From positions 1-40,199 of IMG/VR virus record IMGVR_UViG_3300045988_042083: 40,199 bases of DNA. The stretch is one strand, 5' to 3'. A program made the position numbers and the translations under genes. The stretch comes from a virus. Below the pieces are notes generated by a model. The model made no database searches, was not told the DNA's origin, and worked only from the letters and a program-made list of their open reading frames with translations. Below, piece after piece: positions 16,210-24,751 of this stretch. The stretch's first letter is position 1; each line of letters begins with the position of its first letter.

Positions 16210-16347
16210 ATGACACGCTACAGAATTACTTACGGGGACGGCGAGGTGCTGGAGGGGGATTTCGAAACCCACCTCGCAGCTTACCTTTTCGCGATGGACA
16301 ACCTGCGTGGGCGTTCGTATGACATCACCATTGAGGCTGTTGACTAA
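16210..16347 (+). CDS. 45-aa hypothetical protein.
   Basis: RBS GGAAAGGTGGAAAG. MTRYRITYGDGEVLEGDFETHLAAYLFAMDNLRGRSYDITIEAVD. Fills the gap in the operon. Confidence 0.45.
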   Translation: MTRYRITYGDGEVLEGDFETHLAAYLFAMDNLRGRSYDITIEAVD

Positions 16348-16357
16348 GGAGGACAAG

Positions 16358-16573
16358 ATGTACAGAAGAATTTGGTTGCTTAAACCCACAGTTAACGGGT
16401 TTAGCACGTTTATGCTGGTTGAGGGCACGGAGCAGGAAATGTGGGCGTATGCTCAAAGCGAACTTGGGACAATTCCGGCGTACACCGGGGCTTCGGAGGA
16501 CGAGGTAAAAGCACTGAAGAAGATGGGCGCTAAAATCTACATTGCGCCGAAACTGGAGGAGGCACTACAATGA
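16358..16573 (+). CDS. 71-aa hypothetical protein.
   Basis: ATG follows TAAGGAGGACAAG. Its stop overlaps the next start (ATGA). Confidence 0.6.
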   Translation: MYRRIWLLKPTVNGFSTFMLVEGTEQEMWAYAQSELGTIPAYTGASEDEVKALKKMGAKIYIAPKLEEALQ

Positions 16574-16791
16574 GAGAACTTGAGGCAACTTACAAGGCTT
16601 ACGGTGACGAAGAGCTGGGTTCTGTGGACGAGGTGATTGAGGTCTACCGGACTGGCAACAACCAGTACGAAGCCTACTTCACAATCGGAGAGCACAAGGT
16701 GTGCGGCACTCTGCTGCACGTGATGGCAACGATTACGAGCATCTACGAAACCGAGTACATCGAGGAACTGGGAGGAAACAACAATGAGTGA
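16570..16791 (+). CDS. 73-aa strongly acidic hypothetical protein.
   Basis: About 15 Asp/Glu against 4 Lys/Arg. Translationally coupled on both sides. Confidence 0.6.
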   Translation: MRELEATYKAYGDEELGSVDEVIEVYRTGNNQYEAYFTIGEHKVCGTLLHVMATITSIYETEYIEELGGNNNE

Positions 16792-17719
16792 ACAGATTTT
16801 CATCGACAGAACTACAACATGGCATGCAATCGGTAAGGACGTGCAGGAGTGCAAGAGCATGGAGCAGGTGCTCCGCGCTTCGGGTCTTGACTACGAGGTA
16901 ACGAAGAGACCCGTCTTCACATCTGTGACCGGGGGCGGCGATTACTTCATTGAAGTACCGAACCGTTTTGTGACGGTAAACAGCAACGGCAAGATTTATG
17001 ACGTAGTATCGGACAAATTCCAGTTGGTACAGAACCGTGAAGCGTTTGAATTCGTGGACTATATGGGCGATGAACTTAGCTTTGAAAAAGCTGGGGAAAC
17101 CGAAAACGGCATGGTTTACATCATCGGCAAGCTGCCAAGCGTGAATATCCTTGGGGACGAATTCACACCGCATGTGATTTTCCGAAATGGTTTCTCTGGA
17201 AAGATAAAGATTACTGCGGCAATCTGCCCACTTCGGTTGGTGTGCCAGAACCAGTTTAACTTCGCGTTCAAGGACGCGCAAAATACGGTGTCAATACGGC
17301 ATGTTGGTAACGCCGAAGCCAAATTGCAGGAGGCAAGGGACGTGTTAAAGCTTAGCGCCGACTATATGCAGGAACTGAATACAATGGCGGAACAGTACGT
17401 GGGAATAAAGCTCACACCCGCGCAGGTGGACAAGGTGCTCGACCAGATGTTTCCGATAGTTGACCGCGAAAGTATGAACCCGTTTAAGCTTCATCAGCTG
17501 GAAGACGCACGGGCGAAGTTCAAGAGCGCATACAACGCTGATGACAACGGCAATTTCCGTGGGACGGGCTGGGGATTGATAAACGCATACACAGATTTCA
17601 TTACTCACAAGCCAGTCGCAAGCAAGAGCGAAACTCGCAACGAGGGTAAATTCATGATGGTTTCGTTCCACCCGGCTCTGATGAACGCAATACTCCCGGC
17701 AATACAGGCGGTACGCTGA
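16784..17719 (+). CDS. DUF932-like phage/plasmid protein (311 aa).
   Basis: N-terminal ...TWHAIGKDVQECKSMEQVLRASGLDYEVTKRPVF... and the length match my recollection of the DUF932/TIGR03299 family. Confidence 0.55.
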   Translation: MSEQIFIDRTTTWHAIGKDVQECKSMEQVLRASGLDYEVTKRPVFTSVTGGGDYFIEVPNRFVTVNSNGKIYDVVSDKFQLVQNREAFEFVDYMGDELSFEKAGETENGMVYIIGKLPSVNILGDEFTPHVIFRNGFSGKIKITAAICPLRLVCQNQFNFAFKDAQNTVSIRHVGNAEAKLQEARDVLKLSADYMQELNTMAEQYVGIKLTPAQVDKVLDQMFPIVDRESMNPFKLHQLEDARAKFKSAYNADDNGNFRGTGWGLINAYTDFITHKPVASKSETRNEGKFMMVSFHPALMNAILPAIQAVR

Positions 17720-17742
17720 CAAACGAAGAAGCAATAAACGAC

Positions 17743-17772
17743 TTGACAGAAGTAAACCTCGTGTGGTATAAT
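17743..17772 (+). promoter_or_regulatory. Promoter P2: TTGACA-N18-TGgTATAAT, bracketed by an 11-bp inverted repeat.
   Basis: CTTGACAgaagtaaacctcgtgTGGTATAAT. Inverted repeat CCTCGTGTGGT (17757-17767) / ACCACACGAGG (17784-17794). Confidence 0.75.
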
Positions 17773-17812
17773 AGTTATGGAGCACCACACGAGGTACGGT
17801 AGGAGGGTTAAC

Positions 17813-18091
17813 ATGAAGAAATACAAAGTTGAAACAACACTCACAATCGGCAATAGCGGAGGTGAAGTTACGCTTGAACACATCACCTTTCCGGCAGTTG
17901 AAGAGGTGTCTGCAGAAAATCTTGCCAGTGCATTAAGGCAAGCAACCGAAAAGGTAGCACAGGTTCTTCGTGACGGGGGCAATTTCAAGTGGAATCCGGT
18001 TTCAATGAGCAACCCCAATGGATACATCATCGGAACTCTCAAGGGTGGGGCGGTGTTAGAATGCTTCGTCTGCCTCGGTGCATCTGAATAG
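17813..18091 (+). CDS. 92-aa hypothetical protein.
   Basis: ATG follows GGTAGGAGGGTTAAC. First gene after P2. Confidence 0.6.
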   Translation: MKKYKVETTLTIGNSGGEVTLEHITFPAVEEVSAENLASALRQATEKVAQVLRDGGNFKWNPVSMSNPNGYIIGTLKGGAVLECFVCLGASE

Positions 18092-18102
18092 GAGGAAAAT
18101 GA

Positions 18103-18924
18103 ATGATAGTAACAAGCATGGGTGGAGAGGTAATCTCCATTCTGGAAAACAAGCGCGGAGTGTTGATAGATTCCTGCGGGAGGAATTGGCTGCGCGATGC
18201 GTCAAAGGACAAGCCCGAACAGGGCATGGCGGGGTACTCCCGGCAGGACAGCAAGGACGTTATAATCTTTACGAAGCCCGAATTGGTGAGGGTATGCAAG
18301 GGCAACACGGCAATCCAGCAACTTACTACAGTTGCAGAAGCGCGTGATTTTGCTAGTCGACTGGAGGCGGACTTACGGGAAATCGCGGATAACTGGAACG
18401 ACCAGCAGTTGCGGGAGGTGCTAATTGAAGCGGACAGTAAAGGTTGTTCTGCGTTAAACCTGTTAATATCTAGGTTGCAGAAAGAGAGTGACCAGTTACG
18501 CGCTTCAGCTGCAGCTGAAACCGAAGAATGTATCTCCTGTGAGCGGGACGGTACTTCCCTTGCACAGGAGAGCGCAGGAGGTATACAAGCCCCACCCCAT
18601 GAGAATACCCCAAAGAAAGTCAAAGGAAACGCCTTTGAGGGCATGTTCGGTGAAGAACTGGTTCGACTAACATCTGGACAGCTTGCTATTATGCATGCAA
18701 TATTTAGCACCCTCGACCCCAAATCCGGTGCTAGCCCCACAGCAGATATAACGCAGTATGTGAGCAGTGAGATGTCGGCAGTATCGGCAGGAGCTACAAT
18801 CGCTACGCTTAAGGAGAAGAAGCTCATAGTAGTCGATAAATCTTCTCCTAAAAAGGTAGTGCGGCTGACTAATCTCGGTGCACAGGTATGCGTGACATGT
18901 TTTACACAAGGAAAGGAGGGGTGA
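18103..18924 (+). CDS. 273-aa hypothetical protein with a C-terminal winged-helix-like domain.
   Basis: RBS AGGAGGAAAA. C-terminal ...SAGATIATLKEKKLIVVDKSSPKKVVRLTNLGAQV aligns with the C-terminus of 15612-16181. Confidence 0.65.
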   Translation: MIVTSMGGEVISILENKRGVLIDSCGRNWLRDASKDKPEQGMAGYSRQDSKDVIIFTKPELVRVCKGNTAIQQLTTVAEARDFASRLEADLREIADNWNDQQLREVLIEADSKGCSALNLLISRLQKESDQLRASAAAETEECISCERDGTSLAQESAGGIQAPPHENTPKKVKGNAFEGMFGEELVRLTSGQLAIMHAIFSTLDPKSGASPTADITQYVSSEMSAVSAGATIATLKEKKLIVVDKSSPKKVVRLTNLGAQVCVTCFTQGKEG

Positions 18925-19088
18925 TGGTGGACAAACCGTGTTGTAAATGTTGTAAGTATTGCAATAAATCCCGATGCAACGATGAATTCCAATGGCGGTG
19001 TGTTTATTTACACAAGTGGGTATCACCAAACCAGAGTTGCAAGGGGTTTTCAGCGGGTGAATATAAAACAAGGAGGGTTGACAAGTGA
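18924..19088 (+). CDS. 54-aa Cys-rich protein.
   Basis: ATG overlaps the previous TGA, after AAAGGAGGGG. MVDKPCCKCCKYCNKSRCNDEFQWRCVY.... Confidence 0.5.
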   Translation: MVDKPCCKCCKYCNKSRCNDEFQWRCVYLHKWVSPNQSCKGFSAGEYKTRRVDK

Positions 19089-19402
19089 AGTATCTACCGA
19101 ACGGACAGCAGGTGTACACGGACAGCACCATGAAAAGCTGGACGAAAGAAGAGCTTGTAAAATATGTCCGTATGTGTGAACGCAACATCACAGACCTTGC
19201 GGAGCGAGTGAACAACCAAGCAAAATTGCTTAAAGAGAACGTACCCGCTAACTCTACATCAAGGGCGCAAAGCACTTGGAGAACAGTCGGAAATGTTAGT
19301 GGGTTTATGGCGTGTGATAGATGCGGATATTGGTGTGGCACTAAATCAAAGTATTGTCCCGGTTGTGGCGCAAAGATGAATGGAGGCGGGGCAGATGGCT
19401 GA
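19085..19402 (+). CDS. 105-aa protein with a C-terminal zinc ribbon.
   Basis: GTG start after GGAGGG. CDRCGYWCGTKSKYCPGCGAKM. Confidence 0.55.
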   Translation: MKYLPNGQQVYTDSTMKSWTKEELVKYVRMCERNITDLAERVNNQAKLLKENVPANSTSRAQSTWRTVGNVSGFMACDRCGYWCGTKSKYCPGCGAKMNGGGADG

Positions 19403-19544
19403 AAGTTTTAAATGCTCCATTGAGGTTAACGAGGGTTGCAACCACAATTGTGAGGATTGTGGGTATTACGGCGATTGTGATGTATGTATGCATTACGATG
19501 AATGTGATTTCAATTCTGGTGACATCATGTGTCATGATGATTGA
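19395..19544 (+). CDS. 49-aa Cys/Asp-rich protein.
   Basis: RBS GGAGGCGGGG. MAESFKCSIEVNEGCNHNCEDCGYYGDCDVCMHYDECDFNSGDIMCHDD. Below the ORF-track size cutoff. Confidence 0.45.
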   Translation: MAESFKCSIEVNEGCNHNCEDCGYYGDCDVCMHYDECDFNSGDIMCHDD

Positions 19545-19555
19545 GGAGGTAACTA

Positions 19556-19738
19556 GTGAAGCGGAAAACAAATCCATGCCCAAAAGCTGATAAGTGCATA
19601 CACGCTGATGAATGTATACCCGGAGTATTTCGTAGCGAGTACTTGTGCTTTGATAGTGGCAAATATGTGGATAAGAAAGTCACGGACGGTGAAGACCGTA
19701 GGAAAATCAAGAAGAAAGCGAGGTGGACGCGGAAATGA
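19556..19738 (+). CDS. 60-aa Cys-containing basic protein.
   Basis: GTG start after TGAGGAGGTAACTA. Confidence 0.5.
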   Translation: MKRKTNPCPKADKCIHADECIPGVFRSEYLCFDSGKYVDKKVTDGEDRRKIKKKARWTRK

Positions 19739-19935
19739 GAGCGTTAGCATACATAGTTGCGTTTATATGTGGATTGTTTATCCGCAGCGCAATTTCGGCG
19801 TTGAATGGTTGGGGTTATTCAATAAATGGCATAGACCTGTTATGTGGGTTAGTCTGCATAGTTATGGTGTGGTCATTCAAAGGCGTATTCTTGACGAATA
19901 AGAAACCGAATAAGAAACGGAGGAACAACAAATGA
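19735..19935 (+). CDS. 66-aa small membrane protein with two predicted TM helices.
   Basis: ATGA overlap with the previous gene. MRALAYIVAFICGLFIRS...IDLLCGLVCIVMVWSF, then a basic tail. Confidence 0.55.
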   Translation: MRALAYIVAFICGLFIRSAISALNGWGYSINGIDLLCGLVCIVMVWSFKGVFLTNKKPNKKRRNNK

Positions 19936-20891
19936 TAGCGGTACAGCCAAGTGCACAGCTGGTAACCGGGTATGAAAACCGACCCGAAGAATTGATTGAA
20001 TTGTGTGGGAGAATTTGCTACGACTCGCAGGACAGAATAGAGCCGGGCAGTGCTAGAAAATTCTGCGAAAAGCTGAAGAAGAGCGGACACACTAGCGCGT
20101 TTGAACATGCAAATGTTATACTTGAGGTGTCCGCGCTGACGTATTCATCTATTCGACTTTCAGCGCAGAGTTACGAGGAAATGACAGGTCTACCCGCTTA
20201 CATACGCTTCGACACGTTTAAAAATCACAGGCGACATTTTGTGTCCGGCAACGTTAGGGCTTGGGTTAACATGTTTGATGGTTTATCCACGGTCTTCGGA
20301 GAGATACCACCATGCGTGTTGGACGCGATGGACGCATCAAATATGTGTTCACCGCTATTCGACACTGGTATATGGAGAAAGTCTACATGGCATCACCGAA
20401 GCATGGATAAAACCCGCAAAGCGGCAGTCATCAGTTGTAATGAATTACCGAAATGGGCGCGTGAACGACACACCACAGCCACATTTTTCATCACCTGTGA
20501 CAGGGGTGTATCTCATGAGTTAGTCCGGCATCGGACGGCAAGCTTTTCACAACAATCTACAAGGTATTGTAAAGCCAATAAAGATGGTAACATCGGATAC
20601 ATCATGCCGTCAGTGCAATGTATCAGTGATTCCAATAACTGGAGGCGTGTAAATGCTTCTATATTCGATGCTGAAACCCGATATAAGGCTATGCTGAAAG
20701 ACGGGGCTTCACCACAGATAGCGAGAGCCGTGTTGCCCACGTGCCTCGCAACCAAGCTTTACATGACTATGACTATTGAGCGGTGGCGTGATTTCTTGGA
20801 ATTGCGGTTAGACCCGGCAGCACACCCGGATATGCGGGTGATAGCTGAACAAATCCAGCAACAGTTGTTTCCTAAGGGGGTAAAGTCATGA
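19932..20891 (+). CDS. thyX: FAD-dependent thymidylate synthase ThyX.
   Basis: ThyX signature RHRTASFSQQSTRY. 319 aa. Confidence 0.9.
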   Translation: MIAVQPSAQLVTGYENRPEELIELCGRICYDSQDRIEPGSARKFCEKLKKSGHTSAFEHANVILEVSALTYSSIRLSAQSYEEMTGLPAYIRFDTFKNHRRHFVSGNVRAWVNMFDGLSTVFGEIPPCVLDAMDASNMCSPLFDTGIWRKSTWHHRSMDKTRKAAVISCNELPKWARERHTTATFFITCDRGVSHELVRHRTASFSQQSTRYCKANKDGNIGYIMPSVQCISDSNNWRRVNASIFDAETRYKAMLKDGASPQIARAVLPTCLATKLYMTMTIERWRDFLELRLDPAAHPDMRVIAEQIQQQLFPKGVKS

Positions 20892-21136
20892 GAAAGCATG
20901 GCAAGCATAGGAAATACACCGTTGAAGAAATCCTTGAAGAGGCGCAGGTGTTTATAAACAGCAATATGACTATGCGGGAGGTAGCGGCTAAATTCAAGAT
21001 GCCTAAGTCTACGTTGGCATAGCATCTCCGGTACGCTCTAGTACGCATAGACTACAGCCTGTGGCTGGCGGTGGACGATAGGTGTGTTGAAAACATACAC
21101 ACATACAAGCGATACGGAGGTGGTACAAATGGCTGA
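20888..21136 (+). pseudogene. SpoIIID-like small HTH regulator interrupted by an in-frame TAG at 21020-21022. The uninterrupted product is 44 aa; readthrough would give 82 aa.
   Basis: ...MREVAAKFKMPKSTLA*HLRYALVRIDYSLWLAVDD.... The frame stays open to a TGA at 21134-21136, which overlaps the SNF2 start. Confidence 0.5.
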
Positions 21137-22529
21137 ACGCTGGCAAAACCAAGAAGAGGCATATCAATTCGCCATGCAACACCCATCGACCATGCTTGAC
21201 ATGGACATGGGCACGGGAAAAACGCGTGTGGCTATTGATGTGATGCTTAACCGCAGCGATGTGCGGCGCACTTTAGTGGTCTGCCCCAAAGCGGTAATTC
21301 CGGTATGGCGGACTAATATTGAAAAGTTCTACCCGGACAACACAAACATATGGATATGGGACGGAAGAAAGGGCAAAGTGGTTGACAAAGCTAAAGACAT
21401 ATATGAATTCGTCAAGGTTGGGGCAGACATGGCTAAAATAGTCATAGTCGTTAACTATGATACTGTGTGGCGTGACCCGTTGGGCGATTTACTTCGGCAG
21501 TTGCATTTCGATATGGTAATACTTGACGAGAGCCACCGAATTAAAGCGGCTGGGTCAAAGGTAAGCAAATACCTTGCTTTACTTGGTAAAAGTGTTCCGT
21601 ATAAGCTATGCCTCTCCGGAACACCTATGGCGAACAGCCCGCTTGATGTATATGGACAGTACAGATTTCTTGACCCGTCAATATTCGGCACTAATCACGG
21701 GGTATTTCTTAGCAAATATGCGATAATGAGCTACACAAACCCACCCTTTGTAATCGGGTGTAAGAACACGCAGGAACTCAACAGCAAATTCCGCTCGATA
21801 GCATATACATGCAAAATGCAGGATATCCAAGACCGCTTGAAACTCCCCGAAGAATTGCCGCCAAACATTGTCAAGCTGCCGTTATCCACAAAGGATTACG
21901 CGACCTGCAAAGCCTTGAACAAAGAGTTTATTGCAGAATGTCAGAGCGGTAAATACGTGGTGCTAAACAACGTGTTGGCTAAGGTGTTACGGCTGCAGCA
22001 AATCACTTCTGGATTTTGTATGGCTCAAGATGCACCGAACGATGAACCCAACGAGGTGGAATTAAACAGTGTCAAGGCAGATGCACTTAAGGATTTCTTG
22101 CAGGATTTCAGCAAGGAAGAAAAGATAGTGGTGTTTTGCGTGTTTAAGCACGACATCAAATCTGTGTATGGAGTATGCAAAAGTTTAGGTGTGGAGGCGT
22201 ATGAGTTGTCTGGAAACGCCAATACATTCGAGGATTGGAAGAAAGCCAAGGGCGGTGTTCTTGCAGTTCAAATACAAGCTGGAGCAGAGGGTATAGACAT
22301 GACCTGTGCAAGGGTATGTGTCTATTACAGCTTGCCGCATTCATTGGCTCTCTACGAACAATCGAAAGCCCGACTTCGCAGACCGGGGCAGAACCACAAG
22401 GTGTTGTTTAACTATTTACTGTGTGAAAGCACAATCGATGAACTGATTTACAGCACGTTGGCAAACAAGCACGACTTGATTGCCGATGTGAAATCCGGCA
22501 ACATCGATTATGGCTACATTAAAAGGTAA
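21129..22529 (+). CDS. SNF2-family helicase/translocase.
   Basis: Motif I DMGTGKT, motif II DESHRIK, motif III LSGTPMANSPLD. ATG 21129 follows GGAGGTGG. Confidence 0.85.
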   Translation: MAERWQNQEEAYQFAMQHPSTMLDMDMGTGKTRVAIDVMLNRSDVRRTLVVCPKAVIPVWRTNIEKFYPDNTNIWIWDGRKGKVVDKAKDIYEFVKVGADMAKIVIVVNYDTVWRDPLGDLLRQLHFDMVILDESHRIKAAGSKVSKYLALLGKSVPYKLCLSGTPMANSPLDVYGQYRFLDPSIFGTNHGVFLSKYAIMSYTNPPFVIGCKNTQELNSKFRSIAYTCKMQDIQDRLKLPEELPPNIVKLPLSTKDYATCKALNKEFIAECQSGKYVVLNNVLAKVLRLQQITSGFCMAQDAPNDEPNEVELNSVKADALKDFLQDFSKEEKIVVFCVFKHDIKSVYGVCKSLGVEAYELSGNANTFEDWKKAKGGVLAVQIQAGAEGIDMTCARVCVYYSLPHSLALYEQSKARLRRPGQNHKVLFNYLLCESTIDELIYSTLANKHDLIADVKSGNIDYGYIKR

Positions 22530-22534
22530 AGGAC

Positions 22535-22564
22535 TTGACAAGAGGCATATTGCTGTGGTATAAT
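22535..22564 (+). promoter_or_regulatory. Promoter P3: TTGACA-N18-TGgTATAAT.
   Basis: CTTGACAagaggcatattgctgTGGTATAAT. Confidence 0.8.
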
Positions 22565-22584
22565 GGTAATGGAGGCGGTAACGC

Positions 22585-22974
22585 ATGAAAGAATTGGCGA
22601 GGACATGCGCCTATTGTGGCAAGCCGTTCCTGTGTGAACGTGCGTCAATATACAAGGTTAAGGCGCGCAGACACGTAAAACGCATGTGTTCGTACACGTG
22701 CTGGACTAAATATAAGGAGGAATTAACAGTGAGCAAAGCAAAAATCAAGAACAGACTGAGGGAATACCGCGACCGTTCGCGGCTAACCTTGCAGGAAGTC
22801 AGCATTCTGACGGGCTACGATGTAACTACTATCAGCCGTCACGAATCTGGGCAGCGCAGCCTGTCGGACGAGGCGATGAAGAAGTACGCTGCGCTTTACA
22901 AGGTTGAAACTCATGAACTGCTGGACTTGAGAGGTAATGATGACGATGAACAGTGTGCTGGAACAGGCGAATGA
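22585..22974 (+). CDS. XRE-family HTH regulator with an N-terminal Cys-cluster extension (129 aa).
   Basis: CAYCGKPF...CSYTCW, then LREYRDRSRLTLQEVSILTGYDVTTISRHESGQRSLS. Confidence 0.75.
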   Translation: MKELARTCAYCGKPFLCERASIYKVKARRHVKRMCSYTCWTKYKEELTVSKAKIKNRLREYRDRSRLTLQEVSILTGYDVTTISRHESGQRSLSDEAMKKYAALYKVETHELLDLRGNDDDEQCAGTGE

Positions 22975-24751
22975 ATACATAGACCAAGGCTGGTCAATTT
23001 TGCCCGTCAAGCCGTCTGAAAAGCGTCCTTACATGACCAACTGGTTACAGTACCAGCACGTGAAAGCGACTAAGGAGATGGCAGAGAATTGGTTTACCTC
23101 TCTGATGGGCGCGGGTGTTGGAATGGTAACTGGCAGAATTTCTGGTGTTGTGGTATTGGACATAGAAAGTTACTGCAAGATACCGATTGAGGAATTGCTT
23201 CGCAGATATCCGACACAGATGGTTTCGCGGACGGGTTCGGGTGGATACCACCTGTTCTATCTCTACCCTAATGATGTGCCGAAAATCGCCAACAGGGTTG
23301 GGATATTTGAGGGTGCAGATATTCGTGCTGACGGTGGATTTATTGTGTTGCCGCCGACACGTCACCCTAACGGCAGACTGTACGAATGGGTGAAGACAGG
23401 CTTTCCTGGAGTATTTCCGAAAGCTCTTCTTGACATTCAGAGCCAACCCAAGGCACAAGGGGACGGGTGGATTACAGAGGCTCTTCGCGGCGTTTCGGAG
23501 GGCGGGAGAAACGACACTTGCGCAAGGCTTGCGGGATATTTTTTCCGAAAAGGTCTGAACGCGGACATAGTGGAAGCGTTACTGACCGAATGGAACGAAC
23601 GTAACGACCCGCCGCTCCCGATGCGAGAAATGCGCACGACTATTAAATCCATCGAGCGCTCATGTGCTATTGTGGGTGGACAATTCACAAGCGTTGAGTT
23701 TGAAGATGACACAAAGACCGCTTCGAAAGCCCCGGAAAATTCGACATTCGACTTGTTGAAAATGCGCGATTATGTCAAGGGATACGGGAGCGAGGGTGCG
23801 TCATGGTTGGTGCAGGACTGGTTGCCGGACAAATCCATTACATTCCTTGTTTCACCACCGGAAAGCTACAAGACATGGATACTTCTCGACCTTGCAGTGT
23901 CAATCAGTACCGGACTACCCTTTCTGGGACAGGCGCAAGTCAACAAGACCGGGGCTGCGATGATAATTCAACAGGAGGACAGCCATGGCGGACTGACAGA
24001 GCGTTTGGCGTTAATAGCCGAGCAGAAAATGGGTGTGACGGCGAACCTTGGAAAAGACGTGTGGCAGATACCCTGCATTCCGGATTTGCCGATATACATA
24101 CACCCGTCAAGAATGCTTCGCTTTGACAACGAAAAAGTCTTGAAAGAGCTTGAGGAGCAAATAAAGTTGATTGAGCCAAAGGTCATATTGATTGACCCAT
24201 TATATTCTACCACTTCTGGTGTGGATAACTACATGGCTGACCTCGCTAACCAGATGATGATACTCAAGACATGGCGCGATAAATACGGGTGTTCATTTGT
24301 GATTTCCCACCATTCCAAGAAAAACCTCGACCCCGATAGCACAGCCCGTGAGGATTCGTGGGGTTCACAGTTCCTTAACGCGTTCCTTGAAGCGGGCTGG
24401 CAGGTAAGGCGAAATCAGAAGCTTGCACCGAATGAGGTGGTGGTTAGGCGGCATTCAAAGGTTATGGGCAATCAAGCACCGATTTCCTTAACATTCGATA
24501 TATCGACTACATACCCCATGAAATACCAAGTTACCGCTCGACAGTACGAAACTAGCAACACCCCCGCGCCAGCCCCCGCACAGGCGTACATACTGGAGGC
24601 TTTCGGGGAGCGCGAATTTTCGCAGAAAGACGTGGTTAACGCCACGGGTAAATCACCCTCTACGGTAAGCCGACAGATAAAGCAATTGGAGGCTACGGGA
24701 GCAATTGAAAAGATGCCAAATGGAAAGTGGCGCAGAAAGGACGACGTGTAA
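22937..24751 (+). CDS. Bifunctional primase-polymerase with a PriCT-like region, a RepA/AAA_25-type helicase ATPase and a C-terminal wHTH (604 aa).
   Basis: N-terminal GWSILPVKPSEKRPY. Then GGRNDTCARLAGYFFRKG. Then FLVSPPESYKTWILLDLA. Then SPSTVSRQIKQLEATGAIEK. Confidence 0.8.
   Translation: MMTMNSVLEQANEYIDQGWSILPVKPSEKRPYMTNWLQYQHVKATKEMAENWFTSLMGAGVGMVTGRISGVVVLDIESYCKIPIEELLRRYPTQMVSRTGSGGYHLFYLYPNDVPKIANRVGIFEGADIRADGGFIVLPPTRHPNGRLYEWVKTGFPGVFPKALLDIQSQPKAQGDGWITEALRGVSEGGRNDTCARLAGYFFRKGLNADIVEALLTEWNERNDPPLPMREMRTTIKSIERSCAIVGGQFTSVEFEDDTKTASKAPENSTFDLLKMRDYVKGYGSEGASWLVQDWLPDKSITFLVSPPESYKTWILLDLAVSISTGLPFLGQAQVNKTGAAMIIQQEDSHGGLTERLALIAEQKMGVTANLGKDVWQIPCIPDLPIYIHPSRMLRFDNEKVLKELEEQIKLIEPKVILIDPLYSTTSGVDNYMADLANQMMILKTWRDKYGCSFVISHHSKKNLDPDSTAREDSWGSQFLNAFLEAGWQVRRNQKLAPNEVVVRRHSKVMGNQAPISLTFDISTTYPMKYQVTARQYETSNTPAPAPAQAYILEAFGEREFSQKDVVNATGKSPSTVSRQIKQLEATGAIEKMPNGKWRRKDDV

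Noticed and set aside
18039-18992. 317-aa minus-strand ORF, the longest unannotated ORF in the track.
   Set aside because: It is entirely antisense to the well-supported plus-strand genes 18103-18924 and 18924-19088. It has no RBS, an odd Ser/Cys/Pro-rich composition, and lies inside a plus-strand operon. Treated as a shadow ORF.
21020-21022. Genome-wide TAG reassignment (an alternative genetic code, as in some gut phages).
   Set aside because: TAG is used as a functional stop with tight downstream coupling at the endolysin (39084-39086, next gene starts 2 nt later) and the scaffold gene (8228-8230). No other gene needs TAG readthrough to be intact.
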